A stretch of 64,000 nt of DNA, taken from the sequence record OQ689735.1; one strand, 5' to 3'. The notes under the pieces were generated by a model. It searched no databases, had not been told where the DNA came from, and saw only the letters and a list, made by a program, of their open reading frames with translations. This DNA is from Escherichia phage 4E10. Each line of letters starts with the position of its first letter. Within the stretch, counting starts at the first letter, position 1. A program made the translations under genes and the position numbers. Of the stretch, positions 8,921 to 18,462 are shown in pieces.

Positions 8921-10734
8921 TGGTGCTTAACCCTATGCATGATTTCTTTATTTTTGCCGAGATTAAATCCGCGTTCGTTCGGATTTCCCAAATAACCACA
9001 TGTTCTTCTTATTGTGTTCATCTTTTTAGGATCAGTTTCTCCACAAATAGAACAAACAAATCCATTTTCAGTAGGAGTCATTTCATGGGTACTTCCACAT
9101 GTAAAACATTTATCTACTGGCATGTTAACACCAAAATAATCTAAATGTTGTGCAGCATAATCCCATACGGCCTCAAGACCCTTTAAGTTATTTTTCATAT
9201 CAGGAAGTTCAACATAAGAAATGTGACCACCTGTCGCAATGAAATGATATGGCGCTTCACGAGAAATCTTTTCAAACGGAGTAATATTTTCTTCTACTGA
9301 AACATGGAAACTGTTAGTGTACCAACCTTTATCGGTAACATCCTTTACACTTCCATATTTTTCGGTATCAAGTTTACAGAAGCGATAACAAAGGTTTTCA
9401 GCAGGAGTAGAATACAAGCTAAAAGCAAAACCAGTTCTTTCAGTCCACTGCTTAAGACGAGCATTCATTTTAGTTAAAATTTCTTGTCCAATATCACGAC
9501 CGACAAGAATATTCAATTCGTGAATACCAATGTATCCTAAGGACACTGAACTTCTACCGTTTTTAAATAACTCAATTATATCATCATCAGGTTTAAGACG
9601 AACCCCGAATGCACCTTCTTGGTAAAGAATAGGAGCAACAGTAGCTTTAACTCCTTTTAAGGAACTAATTCTACACATCAATGCTTCAAAACATAAATCC
9701 ATTCGTTCATTGAACAATTCGATAAATTTCTGTTCATTGAACTGTGTTCCAATATAAGAATCTAATGCGATACGAGGAAGATTCAGTGTTACAACACCGA
9801 GATTATTACGTCCATCAAGAATTTCATTACCAGTCGAATCTTTCCATACGCTCAAGAAACTACGGCAACCCATTGGAGAAACAGGAATAGATGAGCCGGT
9901 GATAGCTTTATTGTTCTTAGCCGAAATGATGTCAGGATACATTCTTTTGCTTGCGCACTCTAAAGCAAGCTGCTTAATATCATAGTTCGGGTCGTCTTTA
10001 TAAAGATTAACACCTTCTTCAACGAACATAACAAGTTTAGGGAAAATAGGAGTTATCCCATCACGACCAAGACCTTTAATACGATTTTTCAGAATTGCTT
10101 TCTGAATCATTCGTTCAGTCCAGTCAGTTCCCGTACCAAATGTAATTGTTACAAAAGGAGTCTGTCCGTTTGAACTAAAGAGAGTATTTACTTCATATTC
10201 ATAAGCTTGGAATGCATCGTATACGTCTTTTTCTGTTTTAGATTGAGCATAATTCAACGCATCAGCAATTTGCCATTTTTCTGCATCCTCAATATGTTTT
10301 GCATAGGTGCGTTTAACATAAGGAGAAAGTACTTTATCTACATTCGCAAAAGTCGTTCCGCCATATTGATGGGAAGCAACCTGTGCAGTAATTTGTGCCA
10401 TAATTGCAGTAGCAACTCCAATTGATTTAGGAGTTTCAATCTGTGCATTACCTAGCTTAAATCCATTCTCAAGCATTCCTTTTAAATCTACTAAACAACA
10501 ATTAGTAAATGGAAGAGCAGGGGAATAATCAATATCATGGAAATGAATAATTCCGCTTTCATGCGCTTTCATAATAAAAGACGGGACCATATTTTTGGCA
10601 ATGTGTTTAGACACAATACCAGCCATAAGGTCCCGTTGAGTTGGAAAAACACGAGAATCTTTATTAGCATTCTCGTTTAAAAGGTCTTTATTAGTTTTAT
10701 GAATCAATCCTTCAATTTCTTTTTCAATTGTCAT
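8917..10734 (-). CDS. nrdD: Anaerobic ribonucleoside-triphosphate reductase, class III (glycyl radical enzyme)
   Basis: Continuous 605-aa ORF; C-terminal Cys cluster and RRTCGYLG glycyl-radical motif. No intron interrupts the frame. Confidence 0.95.
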   Translation of the reverse strand: MTIEKEIEGLIHKTNKDLLNENANKDSRVFPTQRDLMAGIVSKHIAKNMVPSFIMKAHESGIIHFHDIDYSPALPFTNCCLVDLKGMLENGFKLGNAQIETPKSIGVATAIMAQITAQVASHQYGGTTFANVDKVLSPYVKRTYAKHIEDAEKWQIADALNYAQSKTEKDVYDAFQAYEYEVNTLFSSNGQTPFVTITFGTGTDWTERMIQKAILKNRIKGLGRDGITPIFPKLVMFVEEGVNLYKDDPNYDIKQLALECASKRMYPDIISAKNNKAITGSSIPVSPMGCRSFLSVWKDSTGNEILDGRNNLGVVTLNLPRIALDSYIGTQFNEQKFIELFNERMDLCFEALMCRISSLKGVKATVAPILYQEGAFGVRLKPDDDIIELFKNGRSSVSLGYIGIHELNILVGRDIGQEILTKMNARLKQWTERTGFAFSLYSTPAENLCYRFCKLDTEKYGSVKDVTDKGWYTNSFHVSVEENITPFEKISREAPYHFIATGGHISYVELPDMKNNLKGLEAVWDYAAQHLDYFGVNMPVDKCFTCGSTHEMTPTENGFVCSICGETDPKKMNTIRRTCGYLGNPNERGFNLGKNKEIMHRVKHQ

Positions 10735-11204
10735 TTTAAACTCTTTCTAAGCTGCTTCTTGAATGAAGCTATTAATTGTGTTTTGGTGTCAGATTCATTA
10801 TATTCAAATCCTCTTTGAAGCATCTCGGCCATCATTTCCTCTTTTCCTAAACGAGAAAATTCCTTTGATTTATCTCCAACAAAGTTAGGGTGAATATTAT
10901 TTTGGGTGTAATCGGATTTTAAATAAGTAAGTAAATTTTCTAACCATTCAAGATAATCAACCCCTTGTCCCTTTAAGCCAGAACGATTAAATTTATGCTT
11001 CATTTGACCTTCTGCAGCATTGCAGAGATTACAAAGCAATCCACGTACCTTTCCTGCTTTTGGTCCATTTAATTCATGGTCATGGTCAAGGTGATTAGCT
11101 TGAACATCAGGATTTAATTCTCGTTGGCAAATTAAGCATTTACCATTTTGTGCATCATAAAATTTCTGTTTTTCTTCTTTATATAATTTGCCAGTCAATA
11201 ACAT
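10731..11204 (-). CDS. 49: Endonuclease VII (Holliday junction resolvase)
   Basis: 157 aa, MLLTGKLYKEEKQKFYDAQNGKCLICQRELNPDVQANHLDHDHELNGPKAG...; matches recalled T4 gp49. Confidence 0.95.
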   Translation of the reverse strand: MLLTGKLYKEEKQKFYDAQNGKCLICQRELNPDVQANHLDHDHELNGPKAGKVRGLLCNLCNAAEGQMKHKFNRSGLKGQGVDYLEWLENLLTYLKSDYTQNNIHPNFVGDKSKEFSRLGKEEMMAEMLQRGFEYNESDTKTQLIASFKKQLRKSLK

Positions 11205-11245
11205 AATAAACCCTTACCTTAAATAGATAAGGGTATTTATTATTT

Positions 11246-11731
11246 TCAAGTATTGTAAAACATTCGATGCAATCGCTTATATTGCCGAATCTTTTGGTCA
11301 GAAAAAGAAATTTGGGTTTCAAGCCATTCAATATATTCTGCCGCAGCTTGCATCAAATTTCCTTCATAGCCATCGTTATTTTCTTGTGCAGCTAATTTAG
11401 CTAATGCGTATGAAATACGTTCACCTTGAAAATCAGCTTTAGGCTTCTGAACAACTTGATTAGTTCGCTCTACAACTTCTTCAATTTCGCCATTTTCGAC
11501 TGATTCAGTATTCCACAAGCACCAATATGTAATTGGCTTATCGTAGATGTTAATAATCTTTCCATCAGAAAGTTCAATTTCAATAATTCCAGTGTCAGGC
11601 TCTATATCATCTTCACATTCTTTTGCAAGTTCACGAACTTTAAAGACAGTACCTGCACTAAGTTCCGGCCAGTAATTACACAGCCCTGTATCAGCACGAT
11701 TAATTCTAAACCACTTATCTACTGTAATCAT
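11246..11731 (-). CDS. pin: Protease inhibitor Pin-like protein
   Basis: 161 aa from ATG at 11731 (RBS GGAG): MITVDKWFRINRADTG...; position between gene 49 and nrdC matches T4 pin. Confidence 0.75.
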   Translation of the reverse strand: MITVDKWFRINRADTGLCNYWPELSAGTVFKVRELAKECEDDIEPDTGIIEIELSDGKIINIYDKPITYWCLWNTESVENGEIEEVVERTNQVVQKPKADFQGERISYALAKLAAQENNDGYEGNLMQAAAEYIEWLETQISFSDQKIRQYKRLHRMFYNT

Positions 11732-11853
11732 GTCCCATCTCCATATCAATTAAGTCATTTATCGTTGGTTCATTATATACTGTTTCTTCATCAGTGTAAA
11801 CCGGTTCTTCCGGCTCTGGCTCTACAGTTTCCCATCTAGCCGCCCACCAAGGT

Positions 11854-12048
11854 TTAACCCCGAAGCTTATTAAGTTCTTCATCATCAATCCAGGATTCTA
11901 GTCCTGTTGGCAGGTCACATTCAATTTCCCAAAGAAGTTCTTCAATTTTCTGAAGACGATCTAGTTCTTCGGCTGGAATAGTAACCATTGATGGAGTTCT
12001 TGATACACTAATATCGTAAATCATATTTACCCCAGTTTGACCATGCAA
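11854..12048 (-). CDS. Hypothetical protein
   Basis: ORF track 64 aa. Confidence 0.4.
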   Translation of the reverse strand: MHGQTGVNMIYDISVSRTPSMVTIPAEELDRLQKIEELLWEIECDLPTGLESWIDDEELNKLRG

Positions 12049-12242
12049 TCACCGTATTTCCACTTAGAAATAGACTTTTCACCATTAGAATAATAAACTT
12101 CGAGTTTAGCACGATTATTTTTAATTTGAATAACCTTGGCTGTCATCAAAGTTCCATACCCATAATAAACTGCAACTTCATCACCTACATATACCGCGCT
12201 TCCGCGGTAATCATGAATATAGTCAGTTCCTTCGAGCATCAT
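12027..12242 (-). CDS. Hypothetical protein
   Basis: ORF track 71 aa. Confidence 0.45.
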   Translation of the reverse strand: MMLEGTDYIHDYRGSAVYVGDEVAVYYGYGTLMTAKVIQIKNNRAKLEVYYSNGEKSISKWKYGDCMVKLG

Positions 12243-12502
12243 TTAAAGTATTCCCGCAATTGGTCAAATCCACCAATATGACTTCCATCAGGAGCAAATA
12301 CTTGAGGCATCGTCAAGCCAATTTGAGTATCACGACCCAATTTAGTCAGAAGCTCAGCAATTTTCTCATCATCAAAAACACCTTTTTCCGGCATAATGTT
12401 GATAAATTCAAACGACTGTTTCTTCACAGTCAAAAGACGTTTTGCATTATCGCAGTACACACATTTGTGGATGTTGCTATCATAACCATATACTTTAAAC
12501 AT
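12239..12502 (-). CDS. nrdC: Thioredoxin/glutaredoxin NrdC
   Basis: 87 aa, MFKVYGYDSNIHKCVYCDNAKRLL...; matches recalled T4 NrdC. Confidence 0.9.
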   Translation of the reverse strand: MFKVYGYDSNIHKCVYCDNAKRLLTVKKQSFEFINIMPEKGVFDDEKIAELLTKLGRDTQIGLTMPQVFAPDGSHIGGFDQLREYFK

Positions 12503-12503
12503 A

Positions 12504-12746
12504 TTATTCCTTAATTCCTAGTACTTGTTTAAAAGTCTCGTCGTAATCAAGACTTTGGCCCGTTTGTTCTTTATGTTTGTATATAATATCACTTACTTCT
12601 GATAGCATATTTTTATATGAACGAGTTAAAGCAGATTTAAGCACGCTGTATCTATCAGGAAATTTACCATGTTCATTATAATAAGCTATTGCTAATTCAC
12701 GGACTGCCTTTTCAGCAGTCTCCATATATTCTTTACGCTTTGTCAT
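12504..12746 (-). CDS. Hypothetical protein
   Basis: ORF track 12504..12887; start trimmed to internal ATG ([13 protein letters not shown]). Confidence 0.45.
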
Positions 12747-13047
12747 TTTCTTCTCGGTCAAATCGGTGTTTACAATGGCGACATTTATAACGAAGATTAC
12801 TAGTCTGCCAATGGACCAATTGCACCTGTTCAGTTCCACATTCAGGGCAATTAGGAACGTTTTTAGAAGCCCTTTCACGACGTTCAACCATGACCATTAC
12901 AGAATCCCAATTAACAGGAGGGCTATAATCATCACAACCATGAATCTTTCCACGCATTTCCAAATTGTCTTCTTCACCAGCCATAATAATTTTAATTAGA
13001 CTAGAATTACTTGAAGCTGCAATGTCTTCTAATAGACGCTTTTTCAT
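12733..13047 (-). CDS. Zinc-ribbon protein (CPECG...CRHC)
   Basis: ORF track 104 aa; four Cys in a CxxC-N-CxxC arrangement. Confidence 0.5.
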
Positions 13048-13973
13048 TTCAATACCTCAATAGCATTGCGTAAACCATTTGCTTTTGCATTAAGAGCTTT
13101 TAACAATTTGGTGTGTTCTGCAATTTGGGCTTCAACTTCAATCAAACGAGCATTGAGATATTCGCGTTCTTCGCTCAGGTTATCAACCTTTTCTACTTTA
13201 GGTTCTTTTACAACTGGCTTATACGTATTAGGGTTCTTCAGTTTAATTAGAATGCGTGAGCTGTATAACATTGAACCATTATCTTCGGTTTCATCATACA
13301 TTTCCACTACGTCCATAATTTTTAACATCATGCGAAGTTTATAAGACAACGAACGAATAGTTTTGTTGTGCTTATTAATTTCTTTAGCTGTCATGGTGCC
13401 GAGATTACGTGAGTAATAATAAGGAACCTGGATATTAATTAATACTGATGAACCACCTGGCTTGTGTGTTACTTCATCAGCAATAACCCAGTCCTTAACA
13501 TGAACTGTATTTGTACGGTCATCGCCTGCGGTAAATAGTTTACGAGCATGCTTAAAAAGCATATTCACTTGGTCATTGAATTGACAAGCGAATTTATCAG
13601 CAAATTTAGTTTCAGGAATGGTAGATAACCAATCAGCTAAATGGGTCTTTTTAACATCGTTAACAATAGTAAATTCAACCAAATCGGTTATAGATGTCGC
13701 AGATTTAATGAAGCTCGGCTTCATAAAGTTTTTAATGTTATCGCGAGCTACAGTAGAAGATAACATACGAGAACGTTTAAACCATTCAAGCAAATTGCCT
13801 AACGAATGAGAATAAGCATTTTGAGTATCTTTACAGATATGATTTTCCTGGCCAACATATTGAAGGAAATCACGAAGAATATTATTGATTACTGCTCTGT
13901 GTCCTATCTGATAATTACGATGTTTAGTAATAAGACTATCAAAATAATCAATATAATGTTTACGAGTTTTCAT
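13044..13973 (-). CDS. Paralog-family protein A (variable N-terminal domain plus C-terminal coiled coil)
   Basis: ORF track 13044..14012; likely start MKTRKHY at 13973; C-terminal heptad-rich segment [44 protein letters not shown]. Confidence 0.6.
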   Translation of the reverse strand: MKTRKHYIDYFDSLITKHRNYQIGHRAVINNILRDFLQYVGQENHICKDTQNAYSHSLGNLLEWFKRSRMLSSTVARDNIKNFMKPSFIKSATSITDLVEFTIVNDVKKTHLADWLSTIPETKFADKFACQFNDQVNMLFKHARKLFTAGDDRTNTVHVKDWVIADEVTHKPGGSSVLINIQVPYYYSRNLGTMTAKEINKHNKTIRSLSYKLRMMLKIMDVVEMYDETEDNGSMLYSSRILIKLKNPNTYKPVVKEPKVEKVDNLSEEREYLNARLIEVEAQIAEHTKLLKALNAKANGLRNAIEVLK

Positions 13974-14025
13974 GTTCTTCTCACTTGGTTGATGATTTAT
14001 ACTCCGAGCCATCCTTGGCTTTAAA

Positions 14026-15027
14026 TTACTTAATTAACTGTAAAGCTTGTTCCAAACGATCCAGGCGATTAACAGATTCTTCCCAAATCCTTTTAGCCTG
14101 CTCATATTCTTTCTGCGCTTTATTAGAAATTTCTAGAGCTTCTTTATAAGCTTTTTCTAATGCAATAACTTCTGGACGAATTTCTACCGATTTAGGCGAA
14201 TCATCAAGATTATCCATTAGTTCCTCAAGTGTAGTTTCTTCTTTAGGAGTATTCACAATTTCTTCACATTTTTGTTGGTAAATTTCTTTATCAGTTAGTG
14301 AATAAGCACACTTTACTTCACGAAGACTAACTACAATTTTATATCCTTCCCAACCGCATATATTCTTAAAAGGATAAGTATGAATATTTTCTACTGTTTC
14401 CATACAAAGTAGTGCAGTCTCTAATTGTCGAGTTATATCACTAGCAATTGAGAAAAATTTATTAATATTCTTTTGGTTAGCGTCTGGTGTAAAAAATTCA
14501 TAATTCACAAAAATAGCTGCTTTATTTTTATCAAGCTCATATTCTTTTATGATAATCATATCAGAAGCCCAAGGATGAATTTGACGATAATCGCCATAGC
14601 ATAATTTAGAAGCTGATTTTAGAATTTGCTTTTTGAAAAGTCTGAAATTACTAATCCAACGACGAGTAAAAATATTCTCAGGGTCTTCTTTAATATTAAG
14701 ATGATAAGAATTAACATCACCGAACCAATTATATCCTACTACATCTTTAGTTCGTTTAATTTCTTTCCCAAAATTACCAAGAATATCCCGATTAACCAAA
14801 TATGAAAGAAGACGAGACTCTTTAAAGGTTTTCTTGATAACATCTTTATCTACACGGCTAGAAATTTTACGAATTTCATGAATAAATTTAGTAGAAGAAA
14901 CAATACTTGCATCAACACTATTGAGCCATTGATTGATAATAGAAAGAACGATATTTTGGCCAAACATCGGTATAGCTTTATCATCAATAACGCTATTGAA
15001 TGATTTGATATATTCGTTACGAGTCAT
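14026..15027 (-). CDS. Paralog-family protein B
   Basis: ORF track 14026..15078; start MTRNEYIKSF at 15027 with GAGGAG site; C-terminal coiled coil ALEKAYKEALEISNKAQKEYEQAKRIWEESVNRLDRLEQALQLIK. Confidence 0.6.
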   Translation of the reverse strand: MTRNEYIKSFNSVIDDKAIPMFGQNIVLSIINQWLNSVDASIVSSTKFIHEIRKISSRVDKDVIKKTFKESRLLSYLVNRDILGNFGKEIKRTKDVVGYNWFGDVNSYHLNIKEDPENIFTRRWISNFRLFKKQILKSASKLCYGDYRQIHPWASDMIIIKEYELDKNKAAIFVNYEFFTPDANQKNINKFFSIASDITRQLETALLCMETVENIHTYPFKNICGWEGYKIVVSLREVKCAYSLTDKEIYQQKCEEIVNTPKEETTLEELMDNLDDSPKSVEIRPEVIALEKAYKEALEISNKAQKEYEQAKRIWEESVNRLDRLEQALQLIK

Positions 15028-15084
15028 ATTAATCTCCTCAGTAGAAAGTAAGAACATTATACCACATCCTTGTGGCAAAGTAAA

Positions 15085-16104
15085 CTAGTTCAGTGCATTT
15101 AGTGCATTGTTCAGTTTAGAACGTTGCTTTGTCAGATTTTGAACCCTTGACTGAGCTTGTTCTAACACCTTTTCAGCTTCTAGCACTTCATTGGTCGCTT
15201 TAACGAGTTCATCATCTACTGCCTTAAGAGACTTCTCAATCGCGTCAGCGTGCCATTTTTCTACAGGTTTAAAATTTGAATTTTCAGTAGGAAGAAAACT
15301 CACTTTATTAAGTTTACATGCATCTATATTGCTTGAGTTATACATCCAAAATTTAGGATCGTTTGATAAGTAATTAGATAAATTTAAGTTATCTTGCACT
15401 TCTTGCTTTTTCTCTTGTGGGACTTCGTCCTTTCTCAAAAAATCGTATTTAAATGAAACGACCATATCAAGTTCATACGTTGTTGTGTCTAATTTAAATC
15501 GCTCAAAACGAGGTAAAATCTTAGAATGAACACTAGCAACAACATCCATATACTTAAATGCTTCTGTCAACTGCGATTTAAGGCATTCGCAAATTGAAAG
15601 AGAATTTTTTGTATTAGGTTTAAAGCTAATTCGTGCAGTTCTATTATTTTCTTTTAATGGTCTTACTTCCATCTGAAGAGTATAACCATCAAATTTCAGG
15701 TTCTTTAAGTTAATGTCAGAACCTTTTAATCGACTAGCTGTCGACAAAATTTGCTTTAATTGTTTACGGAATAGAGCAATAAATCTCCATTCAAGACGGT
15801 AATGATTTGGATTAAAAAATCCTGTTGATAAATCAACCTTACTCTGACCAACGCCTTGAACAAATAGAGGATTTTTATAATCAATAGTTTTACAGAAATC
15901 GGTGAGCTGTTCACGAGCAGTCATTTGCGTAATATATCCAGCTTTATCAAAATGTCGCAACCATTCACTGCTATTCATATACTTAAAGTGAATGGAACTA
16001 TTAACTCTATCAGGGTCTAAATTATTTTGGCACAAAAATGTCATAACATTACGGGTATAGCTGGCATTACGAACCATATCTTCAATTTGAGAACGAGTTT
16101 TCAT
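15085..16104 (-). CDS. Paralog-family protein C
   Basis: 339 aa, ATG with AAGGAA site; starts MKTR like protein A; C-terminal coiled coil ELVKATNEVLEAEKVLEQAQSRVQNLTKQRSKLNNALNALN. Confidence 0.65.
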   Translation of the reverse strand: MKTRSQIEDMVRNASYTRNVMTFLCQNNLDPDRVNSSIHFKYMNSSEWLRHFDKAGYITQMTAREQLTDFCKTIDYKNPLFVQGVGQSKVDLSTGFFNPNHYRLEWRFIALFRKQLKQILSTASRLKGSDINLKNLKFDGYTLQMEVRPLKENNRTARISFKPNTKNSLSICECLKSQLTEAFKYMDVVASVHSKILPRFERFKLDTTTYELDMVVSFKYDFLRKDEVPQEKKQEVQDNLNLSNYLSNDPKFWMYNSSNIDACKLNKVSFLPTENSNFKPVEKWHADAIEKSLKAVDDELVKATNEVLEAEKVLEQAQSRVQNLTKQRSKLNNALNALN

Positions 16105-16112
16105 GGTATTCC

Positions 16113-17000
16113 TTAAGATTTAAGTAAATCAACAATTTTAATTAACTTTTCACGCTCAGATTTAGCTTTACTACTCAATCCAGATAGTCTAAAGATTTCA
16201 TCGTCATATTGTTGAATAGAAATATTCAGCTCTTCAATTTGCTTATTAAAATAATCAATTTGCTCAGAATGTTTTTCGTTACTACGAACTGGTACAGGTT
16301 TTGTAGGCAATTTAGTTGAACTGGATTCATCCGGGCGATAAATTAAAATACAACTTGAACCAATTGGACATTTTGCACCAGATGAATATTCTAATGTTCC
16401 AGATTCTTTTAAAACTTCAAAAGCTAAACAGAGATGATGACCCATATTGACATAATCAGTAGAGCGAGCTCTGATGTAATAATCATCTCCACGAGTACTA
16501 AATTTAAAGCATTTAAGGTCTTCTGTATTATTGGTCTTAAAAATCATTTGTTTATCTAGACCTTTAGCTAATCGAGCGCCTAATGCTAATAATCGTCGTT
16601 GATTTTCCCACAAATCTGCAATCATTTGGTCAAATGATAATTTTGGCATTAGTCGACCATAAAGGTCATATCCTTTATTATAATTACGAAGAATTTCACT
16701 CGCATTAATACGAGACAATGCTCCAATTTTATTAAGGGCTTTCATGATGCGATTAGATAAACTCATTCCAGATCCGTTTGTTCGCTGTAAATGTTTTTCT
16801 AATCCAAATCCAATATCAACTTTAAATTTATCTAAAATTTCAGCATGAACATCTCTGTCAATAACATTCAAATCCAAAGTTGGGTTAAATCTATGAAAAA
16901 ATTTATCTGGCTCTCCACGACGAAGTACAGTCCATTCATTCAATTTTTTATTAACTAAAGATTTAATTACTGTATTGACATTATTAATTACTACTGACAT
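16113..17000 (-). CDS. Paralog-family protein D
   Basis: ORF track 16113..17036; start MSVVINNVN at 17000 with GAGGAAAA site; C-terminal coiled coil. Confidence 0.6.
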   Translation of the reverse strand: MSVVINNVNTVIKSLVNKKLNEWTVLRRGEPDKFFHRFNPTLDLNVIDRDVHAEILDKFKVDIGFGLEKHLQRTNGSGMSLSNRIMKALNKIGALSRINASEILRNYNKGYDLYGRLMPKLSFDQMIADLWENQRRLLALGARLAKGLDKQMIFKTNNTEDLKCFKFSTRGDDYYIRARSTDYVNMGHHLCLAFEVLKESGTLEYSSGAKCPIGSSCILIYRPDESSSTKLPTKPVPVRSNEKHSEQIDYFNKQIEELNISIQQYDDEIFRLSGLSSKAKSEREKLIKIVDLLKS

Positions 17001-17007
17001 ATTTTCC

Positions 17008-17415
17008 TCACTCAATTTCAATTTTACTAAATACACAGAATATGATGGAAAAGACTATATAAGCACCGCATACAGATTGAACTAATACCATTCCAAAGAA
17101 CCAAACAATATTATCAAACCATGTCTGTTTTACGTCGAAAGGACGTAAACTTACAGTAATATTATCACCTTTTTCTATTGAAGAATACATCTCTGGGGAA
17201 ATATATTCACTAAATCTATAACCGTCTTTGAGTTCATATACGGCAATAAACGATAAACTAGACCCCTTTCCTTGAGTTCCTGTAAGGGTATTAACTACAG
17301 TAACATCATAATCTTTATAATGCATATAATCATTAATAGCATAATAACCATATGCAACTACTATACATAAACAACATATCAATAAATTCAATCTTTTAAT
17401 TATCAACTGTTTCAT
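17008..17415 (-). CDS. Two-TM membrane protein
   Basis: 135 aa with N- and C-terminal hydrophobic helices flanking an ~80-aa soluble domain. Confidence 0.55.
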   Translation of the reverse strand: MKQLIIKRLNLLICCLCIVVAYGYYAINDYMHYKDYDVTVVNTLTGTQGKGSSLSFIAVYELKDGYRFSEYISPEMYSSIEKGDNITVSLRPFDVKQTWFDNIVWFFGMVLVQSVCGAYIVFSIIFCVFSKIEIE

Positions 17416-17470
17416 AATAATCTCAATTAAAAGGGCTTAGAACCATTATACCATCCTTGGTATAAAGCGG

Positions 17471-17998
17471 TTATGCGAGTACCGTCTTTAACCGTTCTTC
17501 AAACTTCCGAAGAGTATTTTGGCGTTCAGCTCTTTGCTTTTTGTAAGTTTCAATACGCTCTGAAATGAGAGTGTATCGTTCATTTACTGATTCTTTCATA
17601 AAATCAGGAATTTCACGAGAAGCTTTAATCTCATCAAATTTATCAATAACAGCTTGCTCTTCAGCAATTAAGTTATCATACATTAAAATATCTTTCTTGA
17701 TGAACTCAATATCTTCTTGAGTTACACGAGATAATTTAGATGCTTTATCCTTTTTGTACTGTTCGTTAGTATCACGAGACCAGTGTAATGTACGATTTTT
17801 ATTCGTATTTTTGTAAATTTCTACAATACCAATTTCATCAATAATAACGATCCAATTCCAACGGGATTTGTAAATTTGTCCTCCATCAACAGTGATTTCA
17901 CCTCCGATTGAGATGTCATTAAAGAACTTGCTTTGTGCTTCAGATTTAAATTTACCATCGTTGTAATTTACCAGGTTGAAAATATCTTTAGCATTCAT
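17471..17998 (-). CDS. Hypothetical protein with C-terminal coiled coil
   Basis: ORF track 17471..18058; the N-terminal extension is translated promoter sequence; real start MNAKDIF at 17998 with GGAGGAACA site. Confidence 0.55.
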   Translation of the reverse strand: MNAKDIFNLVNYNDGKFKSEAQSKFFNDISIGGEITVDGGQIYKSRWNWIVIIDEIGIVEIYKNTNKNRTLHWSRDTNEQYKKDKASKLSRVTQEDIEFIKKDILMYDNLIAEEQAVIDKFDEIKASREIPDFMKESVNERYTLISERIETYKKQRAERQNTLRKFEERLKTVLA

Positions 17999-18026
17999 TT
18001 TGTGTTCCTCCGTAGTTGATAGTTGT

Positions 18027-18056
18027 ATAGTACCACAGAGGAACAGTCTTGTAAAC
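18027..18056 (-). promoter_or_regulatory. T4-type early promoter (conserved module)
   Basis: Minus strand GTTTAC, 18 nt, TGG-TACTAT, then conserved leader ACAACTATCAACTAC. Confidence 0.55.
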
Positions 18057-18058
18057 AA

Positions 18059-18361
18059 CTAAAAGAAACTTCTTTCACAATTTTTTCCACTAAACCATGC
18101 GCTGACCGCTTTCTTAGTCTCAGGAGCAGTGTTATCCATAAACCATTCAAAGGCAGCCTTTTTATGATTCTGGAGGGCTTCTCGGGCTTTAATCTGCTCA
18201 CGGTCTATTAACACTAATATATGAGCCTTTCTTGTCACCAAGGGCTTCTTATGATTCTTGGAGTATTCCCAGTCATTTGTCCAACGCATTGTCGTTGCGA
18301 ACTGATGAACCGCGTCTTTAATTTTAGTTTCATAAATTTCACGAGCCTTTGAGTATAACAT
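18059..18361 (-). CDS. Hypothetical protein
   Basis: ORF track 18059..18373; ATG at 18361 with GGAGGT site. Confidence 0.5.
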   Translation of the reverse strand: MLYSKAREIYETKIKDAVHQFATTMRWTNDWEYSKNHKKPLVTRKAHILVLIDREQIKAREALQNHKKAAFEWFMDNTAPETKKAVSAWFSGKNCERSFF

Positions 18362-18462
18362 CACTACCTCCATTCACCAGTTTAATTCTAGTCATCTTTT
18401 TGATGGCAGTCCATATAATCTATTTCTGAACTGCCTTTTTGTCATAGAAGTCCTCTTATGAA

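Noticed and set aside
17999-18058. N-terminal extensions in the ORF track such as MFTRLFLCGTIQLSTTEEHK (17471..18058) and the first 49 codons of 23008..23343
   Set aside because: These extensions are translations of the conserved early promoter sequence from upstream TTG/GTG codons; the real starts are the downstream ATGs with Shine-Dalgarno sites.
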